Assembly: GCF_902713615.1 (NCBI RefSeq)
Contig: NC_052148.1
Coordinates: forward strand, 134,404,569 to 134,468,568
Reading direction: 5' to 3'
DNA: 64,000 bases
Source of the DNA: Scyliorhinus canicula
Taxonomy: Eukaryota
In this document: in pieces, positions 38,049 to 48,429 of the stretch
Position numbering within the stretch: the first letter of the stretch is position 1
How the letters are laid out: each line of letters starts with the position of its first letter
The notes under the pieces: generated by a model
Seen by the model: only the letters and a program-made list of their open reading frames with translations
What the model was told of the DNA's origin: nothing
Databases searched by the model: none
Translations under genes and position numbers: made by a program

Positions 38049-39378
38049 ATCAATTGATCCAGCATCCACAACCTTTTATTTCCATTACCCTTCTTTGTGA
38101 AAAAGTGTTTTGCTTTCACCCGCATGGCCGAGTGCTCATTTTAAAATCACATCCCCTTGTTCTGGATTTCCCCCAACCAGAGGCAACACTGGGTACCGAT
38201 TGTATCAAAAATTGCTTTACTTTAAACACCCCATTTAGATCATTCAATTGCCTAAATTCAAGGGAATTCAAACTAAGTTTCTCTAACCTGTCCTCCTAAT
38301 TTAACCCTTTAAGCCCAATCATAATTCTGCTGAATTGGCAGCACTCCAAAGCCATATATTGTCTTAAAAGGCAGGAGCTGTAGAGCTAAGGAATTTAGGG
38401 GTTCAGGTGTATGGTTACAAGTAAAAAATAAAGGCAATTGGAATTTTGAAGTTTATTTTAAGCAGATTTGTATACAAAAGTGAGGAAGTGACGCTTTAGT
38501 TATACAGACGCCTGATCAGACCTCAACTGGCATGTGCAATTAATTTTGGGCATTGAACTTCAAGGAAGTTCACAAGTAGGCTTACATTAACACTGCGATT
38601 AAGTTATTGCAAAAAGCCCCTCAACGCCACATTCTGGCGCCTGTTCGGGTACACTGAGGGAGAATTCAGAATGTCCAAATTACCTACCAGCACGTCTATA
38701 AAGACTTGTGGAAACAGCTCCCGGAAGAAACCCACACAGACAACACAGGGAGAACATGCAGACCTGCACAGACAGGGACCCAAGCTGGGAATCGAACCTG
38801 GGATCCTGGCACTGTGGGGCAACAGTGCTAACCACAGTGCTCCTTGCTACTCCATGTGTGGTCAACTCCAGCCCCAAAGGCTCCGGAGTCCCAACATAAG
38901 GGAATTAACCAATAATGTGTATTTTCCGGAGATCTTTGACCCTTGACTCTCCAATGACTTATAGGTACCCGATTTGTGTGTAAAACCTTTTAAAACTGTT
39001 TATAACAAGAGATAAACACGTTCTATTATTACCAATACACCAGTCTGCTAACCTAATTATTCCCCAAACCTCACCCACCCACCAAACCACCACCCCCACC
39101 CCATTTCAGGTCGATTCAATCCTTTTTTTTAATGTTTCCAATTAAGGGGCAATTTAGCATGGCCAATTCACCTACACTGTACATCTTTGGGTTGTGGGAG
39201 TGAGACCCACGCAGACACAGGGAGAATGCGCAAACTCCGAATGGACAGTGACCCGGGGCCAGGATCAAAACTGTGACCCTGGTGCGGTGAAGCGACGGTG
39301 ATAACCACTGTGCTACCTCTGAGTGGCAGAGCGATCTAGGCATGCATGTCCACCGATCACTGAAAGTGGCAACGCATA

Positions 39379-41901
39379 GAGGTGGGGGACATGGGGTGGT
39401 TTCTGGACGAGCTGGAATTTCCCCAGGTGGAGGAAGCAAAGAGGCAGGCATTGGATGAGCCCCTGGAACTGAGGGAGATGCTGGATAGTATCAGGGGTAT
39501 GAAGTCAGGGATGGCCCTTGGGCCGGATGGGTACCCGACGGAATTTTATAAAGAATTAGCGACGGACCTGGCACCACATCTGTTGGGGTCATTTAATGAA
39601 GCACTGGTGAAGGGGGAGTTGCCAGCGACAATGACGAAGGCAGTAATCACACTAATCCCAAAAAAAGGGATGGACCCGGTAGAATGTGGGTCATATAGAT
39701 CCAGATCACTATTGAACATGGGTGTGTAAGTATAGGCTAAGTTGTTGGCAGGGAGGATGGAGGACTGCGTCCTAGGGGTGGTTGCAGAAGATCAAACAGG
39801 CTTCGTCTTCACTGGCAGTTCGCAATAATGTAAGACGGCTGTTGAATGTGGTGATGATTCCATCGGGGGTTCAGGTACCAGAGGTGGCGGTGACCATGGA
39901 TGCGGAGAAGGCATTTGATCGGGTGGAGTGGCAGTACTTGTTCAAGGTTTTGGGAAGGTTTGGGTTTGGGCCGAGATTTGTGGCATGGGTGCAGTTGCTG
40001 TATGTGGCACCAAAGGCAAGGGTGAGGACGAATGATATGAGCTCATGAAGCTTTGATTTACACAGGGGTACGAGGCTGGGGTGCCCGCTGTCGCCGTTGC
40101 TGTTTGCGCTGGCCATAGAGCAGTTGGTGATAGCTCTCAGGGGGTTGGCAGGAGTGGCGGGGGATTATGAGGAGACAGAGGGAGCATCGAGTGTCACTCT
40201 ATGCCGATGACCTCTAGCTGTATGTTTCGGATCCATTGGAGAGTATAGGAAGGATTATGGGCCTGTTGGGGAGGTTTGGAGGGTTCTCGGGGTACAAAAT
40301 GAATATAGGGAAAAGCAAGGTATTCCCGGTGAATGAGCTGGGACAGCGGGCTAATTTAGGGGGATGCCATTTACGGTAGCGAGGGATAGGTTTAGGCATT
40401 CGAGGATTCAGATAGCCAGGGGATGGGTGGGGCTCCATAATTGGAACTTAACAAAGCTGGTGGAGGAGGCCAGGGAGGAGGAGGCCAGGGAGGATCTTAG
40501 GAGATGGGATACACTGCACTTAATATTGGCTGGGAGGGTCCAAGTGATTAAAATGAATATTCTGTCGAGGTTCTTGTTTATTTTTCAGGCTCCTCCGATC
40601 TTTATACCAAAGGCCTTTTTTCGGAAAGTGGACACGATTATCTCGGAGTTTGTATGGACGGGGAAGGTGCCGAGGGCGGGGAAGACCCTCCCTGCTACAG
40701 AGGCAGAGGCAGCAGGGGGGCTGGCATTGCTGAACATGTTTCATTATTATTGGGCAGTGAATGTGGACAGGTGCGGCGATGGTGGGAAGGAGAAGGGGTA
40801 GAGTGGGTTAGGATGGAGGAGGAATCTTGTAAGGGGTCTTGTTTGAGGGCTATGGTGACAGCAGCGTTGCCATTGGCTTTGAGTAGGTATTCAGGGAGCC
40901 CAGTGGTGCAGTCCACAGTGAAGATATAGAATCAGCTGAGGAGGCATTTTAGGGTGGAAGAGATGTCGGTGCTAACTCCAGTTAGCTAACTGCGAGAATC
41001 ATGGGTTTGAGGAGGTGAAAGGAAGTGGGGCTGGTCAATATGAGGGATTTGTATTTGGAGGAATGGTTCGCCAGTCTGGAGGAGCAAAGGGAGAGGTTAC
41101 AGCTGCCAAGGGGGAGCGAGTTCAGGTATCTGCAGGTAAGGGACTTTGCGCGAAAGGTCGGGAGGGGGTTCCCTAGGTTGCCGGGATATACCCTGCTCGA
41201 GCGACTGCTGCTTCCGGATGTGGAAGGGGAGGGAAGAATTGGGGACAGAGACAACTGGCTGGGGGAGCAGGGAGGCAAGCGGGTGGTGAAGATCAAGGAG
41301 AATTGGGAAGCAGAGTTGGGAGGGGGCATCAATTGGGGAGTATGGAGTGAGACACTGCGTAGGGTAAACGGGATCTCCTCTTTTGCAAGGATGAGCCTGA
41401 TACAGTTTAAGGTGGTGCACGGGGTGCATATGACTCAGGAGAGAATGAGTGGGTTCTTTCAGGGGGTAGCAGATGAGTGAGAGAGGAGTGGGCTGTGGTC
41501 AGTAAATCACGCGCACATGTTTTGGGGTTGCAAAAAAATTGGGAAGATTCTGGGCAAGAGTGTTTGCAGTCTTAGCCAGGATAGTGGAGGAGGAGGTGGA
41601 CCCGGACCCTTTGGTGGCGATATTTGGGGTTTCAGAGAAGCCAGAGCTCATGGAGAGGAAGAAGGCTGATGTTGTGGCCTTCGCCTCTCTGATTGCACGG
41701 CGGAAAATTTTGTTGGAGTGGTGGTTGGTACTGCCACTGTGGTAGCGACTTGGTTGGGTGGCATGTACGACTTCCTGCAGTTAGAGAAGATAAAGTACGA
41801 GTTAAGGGACTCAGCAGGGGCTTTGAGAAAAGTTGGGGCATGTTTGTGACCGTGTTTGAGGAGTTGTTCGTCGCAGGAGGGTGTGTGCGCGTGTGTGTGT
41901 G

Positions 41902-41937
<36 letters not shown>

Positions 41938-41990
41938 TATTTGCTATTACCTGTTTTGATACATGTTTGTAATAAAATGAAATGTAAATG
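39379..41990 (+). mobile_element. L1/Tx1-like LINE, 5'-truncated, RT through 3' UTR (frameshifted)
   Basis: [67 protein letters not shown]; AATAAA at about 41971; imperfect TSD gaaagtggca(ac/gt)gcat near 39362 and 42202. Confidence 0.93.
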
Positions 41991-42158
41991 AAAATCGATT
42001 ATTGTCACAAGCAGCCTTCAAATGAGGTTACTGTAAAAAGCTAGTCGCTACATTCCTGCTCCTGTTCAGGGAGGCTGGTACGGGAATTGAACCGTGTTGC
42101 TGGCCTGCCTTGGACTGCTCTAAAAGCCAGCTATTTAGCCCTGTGCTAAACCAGCCTG
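41990..42158 (-). mobile_element. SINE with second-family tRNA head and type C tail (no V-core)
   Basis: The reverse complement reads ggtttagcacagggc...ggttcaattcccgtacc, then ccctgaacagg...gactag...cttgtgacaataatcg. Confidence 0.8.
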
Positions 42159-42633
42159 TTTTAAATATATTTTAAAATCTTTTCAATACATTTTTAAAAA
42201 AGAAAGTGGCAGTGCATGTTGATAAGATGGTCAAGAAGGCAGCACAGTAGCACAGTGATTAGCACAGTTGCTTCATAGCTCCAGGGTCCCAGATTCGATT
42301 CTCAGCTTGGGTCACTGTCTATGCGGAGTATGCACGTTCTCCCCATGCCTGCGTGGGTTTCCTCCTACAGTCCAAAGATGTGCAGGTTAGGTGGATTGCC
42401 CTTAGCGTCCAAAGAAAAGGTTAGGTGGGGTTACGGGGATAGGCTGGAGGGGTGGGCTTGGATAGAGCGCTCTTTCCAAGGGCCAGTGCAGACTCGATGG
42501 GCCGAATGGTCTCCTATTGCACTGTAGATTCTATGATTCTAAGGCATACGGCATGCTGGCCTTCATCGGTCAGGGCACTGAATATAAAAATTGGCAATTC
42601 ATGTTGCAGCTGTACAGGACCTTAGTTAGGCCT

Positions 42634-42665
<32 letters not shown>

Positions 42666-43849
42666 ACACTACCAGAAGGATGTAGATGCTTTGGAGAGGG
42701 TACAGGAGCGATTTACTAGGATGCTGCCTCGTATGGATGTTAGATAAACTCGGTCTGTTCTCACTGGAACAACGGAGGTTGAGAGGCGACCTGATACAAG
42801 TCTACAAGATTATGGGTGGCATGGACAGAGTGGATACTCAGATACTCTTTCTTGTCAAGTACTACGGGACATACGTTTAAAGTGCATGGGGGAAAGTTTA
42901 GAAGATGTGCAAGGCAAGTTTGTTTTTTTTACACAGGTGGTAAATATATGGAACGCCCAGCCTAGGGAGGTGATGGGAGCAGGTATGAGAGCGGTATTTG
43001 AGGGCATCTAGACAAATATATGAATAGGGTGAGAATGGAGTGACACAGACTGACTAAGTGCATACGGTTTTAGTTTAGGCAGGTACCATGGTCGGCGCAG
43101 GCTTGGAGGGCCTGCGCGTATTGTTCTTTGAACCTGGGTCCTCAGTGCAGTGAAGCGTCTGTGCTAACCACTGCACCACTGTGCCGCCCAAGGTCGATTC
43201 AATCCTGACTGGTCTCCATCAGATTAATCTTCAGCCTCACTGAGGTATGGTGGGCATTCCCCACATGAGAGTTTAAAGACATTTTTTTAACAACCGGCCT
43301 TGCCTGCAGCTGAACTGAACTTCCTTGAGTCAATCTCACTGTAGACAAAGGTCTTTGCTTTGCACCTTCAGACAGAGACCCATCAATCAGAGAGATCAGG
43401 ACTTGTACTCTCCAGCTTCTTGATCAACCAAAACTAACTTGGAAAAACAGTCACGCAAAGAATGCCTACCAGCTCAGCTGAGGAGAAATTTGAGCTTCCA
43501 ACTGGGTGTTTGAGTCAGATCCACCCCTTTCAGGGAGAGAACACAAGCCTTCTTCAGCTCTGTCCCAAACCAAAACTAAAAACAGAGCCAGCCTGCCTTT
43601 TCTAGCAAAACGTTCTGCAACAGCTCACACGAATCCGAATAGAGCGCCCATCAAAAACCCAAATTGCAAAAGGACTGATTGGCTGCCAGCCAAATCCAAA
43701 GTGACATCTTGGGCCATGCCGGCACACTGGATTGAGGGGTCTGCGTGGGCCAGTTCAATAGCAGGTTGCGGGGAGGATCCAAAAGAAACCAGCAAAACAG
43801 TAATTAAAAGGGACTCATGCATCACACAAGGATTTAAAAGAGATTTCTT

Positions 43850-44420
43850 TCGACACAAAGACCGCAGAGTAGACATGTTAAGTGAGTGGGCAACAACATG
43901 GTAGATGGAGTATAATGAGGGCAAGTCTGAGATTGTTCACTTTGGTCATAAGAATGGAAACTAGAATTTCTTTTAAAAAGGCATGCAACTTGCAAATGAT
44001 GACCTTCAGAGGGGCTTGTGTGTACACCTACAAGAAAAACAAAGTTTGCATGCTGGTATAGTAAACAATTTTAAAGGTAAATGGCATGATGCCTTTTGTT
44101 ACAATGGAAATGGAGTACAAGAATAAACAAGACTTGCTACAATATTTCAAGACTTTGGTGAGACCACACATGGAATATAATATGTAGTTTTGGCGTCCAT
44201 ATTTAAGGAAGGATATACTTGCATTGGCGGTAGTACAGTGAAGGCTCGCTAAATTAGAGAGGCTGAGTAAATTAGGTCCATATTCTCTGAAATGTAGAAT
44301 AATGAGAGGTGATTTCATTGAAGCATACAAGATTCTGACTGTGTAGACAGAGGTTTTTTTCCTGGCTGGGGAATCTAGAATATGAGGGCGTATTCTCAGG
44401 GTAAGGGGGGTGATCATTTA
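43850..44420 (+). mobile_element. Old CR1 RT C-terminal fragment
   Basis: LSEWATTW, VHFGHKN, TLVRPHMEY and RMRGDFIEAYKIL relics. Confidence 0.8.
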
Positions 44421-45609
44421 ATACTTTACTACTTGAGGAGAGACCACTGCGCATCATGCTGCCCCACTCTCAATATATTTTAAACTTTTTTAGCTTTGAT
44501 AAATTAGACAGATAAAAAATAATTAAAAACATGAAATTTTCAGGTTTATACCGAAATGGAGCTAGGATACTTCTTAACTGTTCTGACAGTCAAAAATTAA
44601 CCAGCAATATCAAACAGATCCCAATATGCAAATGAAAAGAGGTAGAGCAAGGCACTGCATGGATTGCATCTGGTCAGTTCCAGTCATTCCATAAATCGAA
44701 ACAAGTCAGTGCTTATACAACAACGTATGAGCATTTGTGGCATATGAAAATGGGTGAAGCAACACAATAAGCGTTTTCACAAAAATATTTCACAAGTTAA
44801 ATTATGATTTGTTTGTCTAATTAGACTACTTATTGTTCTAATTCTCGTTTTTAACAAAATGGTATTTTTGTTGAGTACATAAATATTTCCATTAAAAATT
44901 GCACATATGATGTAGCAATTTTGCTGAAATAATTAAACTAAAACATGGTGTCACACGACTCAAAAAAGACTTGAGCAATCATACACAAAGTCTTCCTCAT
45001 AAGTAGAATAAATGTGGTATTCAACTAAAAGGAAAATAATATTTACATTTCTATATGTGTCCAATATTTCAAAGCACAGTCATTTGTGTAAACAATAAAA
45101 CAGCTATTTTTACAGAGTAAGATTCAACAGTGACGATATATATATAGCCAATTTTGGCAATATAAATTTATCAAGGAATGCTAGACATAGAGAACTCGCT
45201 GCTTCCCTTCAGCACAGAGGTCTATTCACATCCCCCTGAACAGTTAGTTAATGGATTAGCCTGTATCACATTCAAACTTAGGTTGATAAGTGACAAGTTA
45301 ATAAGTGACAAATAACATTTGCACCATAGTGACCATCTCCGAAATAAAGTAGTTTTTTCAAATTTAGAGTACCCAATTATTTTTTTCCAATTAAGGGGCA
45401 ATCTAGCATGGCCAATCCACCTAGTCTGCACATCTTTGGGCTGTGGGGGCGAGACCCACACAAACCCGGGGAGAATGTGCAATCTTCACACAGACAGTGA
45501 CCAATGGGGCAGGATCGAACCTGGGTCCCCAGCGCAGTGAGGCAACAGTGCTAACCACTGCACCAAAAAGCCACACTGAAAGAAAGAGTTTAACACCTCC
45601 CTTGACATA

Positions 45610-46500
45610 TAATGTCCATCACTAAATTCCCCACCTGGAGATCATCACTGAGCAGAATCCTAACTGGAACAGGAACATTAATCTTCAAGAGCAGGACAGA
45701 GGCTGATCATTGTATGGCAGGTGGTTCCCCTTCCAACTCCTACAGAACGAGTCAGGGGTGTGATGGAATACATTCCACTTGCCTGGGTGAATGCAGCTCC
45801 ACGCACAAAGCTCAGCACCATCCAGGGCAAAGCAGCCTGCTTCACTGTCACACAAATAACTTTAAATATTCACTCCCTTCACCATCGGCGCAATGTGCAC
45901 ACTGCAGCCACAATCATCATGATGCACTACAGCAACTCACCCTAGATTCTCAGAAAGCACTTGCCAAGCCCACAACCTCTACCAGCATACTTGGATCTCC
46001 TAACTCGAGATTCACAGAGCAGAAGGTGGTGCATGATGTTGCCACTACCTGCAAGTAGTCATACACCATCCTGACTTGGAAATGTATCGCCATAAGGCAG
46101 CACAGTAGCCCAGTGGTTAGCACTGCTGCCTCATGGCGCCAAGGGCCTGCGTTCGATCCCGGCCCCGGGTCACTGTCCTTGTAGAGTTGCCACTTTCTCC
46201 CGGTGTCTTCGTGGGTCTCATCCCCACAAGCCAAAAAGATGTGCTGGGTAGGAGAATTGGCCATAAGTGGGAAAAAAAGAATTGAGTACTCTAAATTTAT
46301 TTTAAAAAAGGAAATGTATCCCCATTCCTTGATCAATGGTTCAAAACCCTGACTCCCTACCTCTGGGAGTATCTTCACTGGAGGGACTGTGGGGGTTCAA
46401 AGCAGCAGCTCACCGCCACCTTTTCAAGGGCAATAAGGGATGGGCAATAAAAGCTGATCTTGTCAGTGATTCCTACCTACATCCTGTGAATGAATACAAA
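45610..46500 (+). mobile_element. Zenon-like LINE 3' fragment with nested V-SINE (46094-46309); a minus V-SINE lies at about 45355-45565
   Basis: VRGVMEYIPLAW...IQGKAA...IHSLHHRR; SINE TSD ggaaatgtatc(g/c)ccat. Confidence 0.82.
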
Positions 46501-46650
46501 ATACACGGTCTTAATCAGCAAGGCAAAACTTTGATCCTTCACTGGAATCCACCACCCTCTCCAGGCCCCTGTTCAGTTTGAGCCAGATCACTGAAAACTT
46601 CCTTCCAGAGCTGAACTTTAAACCTAGCCACTACCAAGATCACTTATTTG

Positions 46651-47107
46651 GGGCAGCATGGTGGCACAGTGGTTCACACTGCCGTCTCACAGCCCCGAGG
46701 TCTCAGGTTCGATCCCAGCTCTGGGTCACTGTCCGTGCAGAGTTTGCACATTATAAATATAGAGTACCCAATTCATTTTTTCCAATTAAGGGGCAATTTA
46801 GCGTGCCAATCCACCTAGCCTGCACATCTTTCGGTTGCGGAGCGAAACCCACACAAACACGGGGAAATGTGCAAACACCACAGGGACAGTGCCCCAGAAC
46901 CGGGATTCAAACCTGGGACCTCGGCGCCGTGAGGCAACAGGGCTAACCCGCTGTGCCACCATGCTGCCTGAGTTTGCACAGTCTCCTGTGTTTGCGTCAG
47001 TTCCACCCTCACAACCCAAAGATGTGCAGGATAGGTGGATTGGCCACGTTAAATTGCCCCTTAATTGGAGAAAATGTGATTGGGCATTCTAAATCTATTT
47101 TTAAAAA
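46651..47107 (+). mobile_element. Short-tailed V-SINE containing an inverted copy of itself (46751-46969)
   Basis: Outer TSD aagatcacttatttg (46636-46650 and 47108-47122); inner TSD gagtttgcaca (46740-46750 and 46970-46980). Confidence 0.93.
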
Positions 47108-47730
47108 AAGATCACTTATTTGTACCAGCAAGGTACTGTCCATCTTAATCTAATGTCATCAATCCAAGTGCCATGTCTAGTAGACTTGACATTTCCAATG
47201 TACGTCTTCATGGCCTCCTATTCGTTATAAAATATAACTTGTTCAAATTGAGGTGTTTATACCCGATTCGACACTTGCCTACATTAGTTCCCGGTTTGTG
47301 GACTGAATGGAATAACCCTGTCCTAGACATCAAGCCCCCTCTACAGCCTCATCCCTTTCCAATGCTGCAATCTCTCCATTTGGATGTTGTCATGCCTATT
47401 TTTATTCTCCAAATCTAGATTTGTCCCTCTTTTGCCAACCACTGGTAGCACAATCTTCACCTACCTTAACATCTATTGTCAGGAATTTCTCCCCATTATC
47501 TCATTAGTTCATTATCTTTGGAAACCTTGAACTCCATTCTACAATTGTTCCTAGATCTCATATTTTGACCACTGGTTTATTCCTTTAATATTTTAATCTA
47601 TTTTGTCATGTCTCTGGGGTTGTACATTAAAGACTTCAGTTACTCCGATTAATATGGAATTACCCCTGAAGGAAATACACCAAACAACATAGCAATTCAG
47701 AACAAGAATTAATTTTTAAAAGAGGCACGC

Positions 47731-47764
47731 TATCAAAGCTTTTCAACTTGTACTCATCAGGACA
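47731..47764 (-). ncRNA. Minimal type I hammerhead ribozyme-like motif (helix II decayed) in a probable Penelope-like repeat fragment
   Basis: Minus strand reads UGUC-CUGAUGA-GUACAAGUU-GAAA-AGCU-UU-GAUA: helix I UGUC/GAUA, intact core and palindromic AAGCUU helix III. Confidence 0.62.
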
Positions 47765-48429
47765 GGCACAAGAATATCAAATTTCAAGGAAAACAACAAT
47801 ATAATCTGCATAAGAAAAGGGGTGCTGATTGGTTCGGATGTTGGCACGGTACAGCAAAGGTTTTTTTAAAAATTGAATATTCCTTTTCGATCAACAAGCT
47901 CAAATGAAAGCTATACATTTAATAATAATATTAATCACTTATTGTCACAAGTAGGCTTCAATGAAGTTACTGTGAAAAGCCCCTAGTCACCACATTCCGG
48001 CACCTGTTCAGGGAGGCCGGTATGGGATCAGAATCATTGAATAGAATCATAGAATCCATACAGTGTAGAAGGAGGTCATTTGGCCCATCGAGTCTGCACC
48101 AACACTTTGAATGACCACACTACCTAGGCCCAATCCCCCATCCTATTGCTGCAACCCCACCCCAAGAGGAAATTTAACATGGCCAATCCACCTAACCTGC
48201 AGATCTTTGGACTGTGGGAGGAAACCGGAACACCCGGAAGAAACCCATGCAGACATGGGGAGAAAGTGCAAAATCCATACAGACAGTTTCCCAAGATCAG
48301 ATTTAACTCGGGACCCTGGCAATGTGAGGCAGCAGTGCTAACCACCTCGCTGCCCTCTTGTGGTGTTGAAGCAACTTTATGTAATAACCTGTGAACAGGC
48401 AATTTTAGGTTTAACATTGTGCAATGAGA

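Larger units (their letters stand above)
39124..43190 (-). mobile_element. Short-tailed V-SINE split by a plus-strand CR1 3' fragment (39318-43130)
   Basis: 16-bp TSD aggtcgattcaatcct (39108-39123 and 43191-43206); CR1 ORF 42517..42747 LVRPHLEYCVQFWSPHY. Confidence 0.85.
38845..43826 (-). mobile_element. Possible solo LTR (about 0.9 kb in two pieces, 38845-39123 and 43207-43826) hosting a nested insertion stack
   Basis: Ends read tgtgatg... and ...gtagca on the minus strand; non-coding; the two pieces join at the TSD aggtcgattcaatcct. No LTR TSD was found. Confidence 0.4.
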
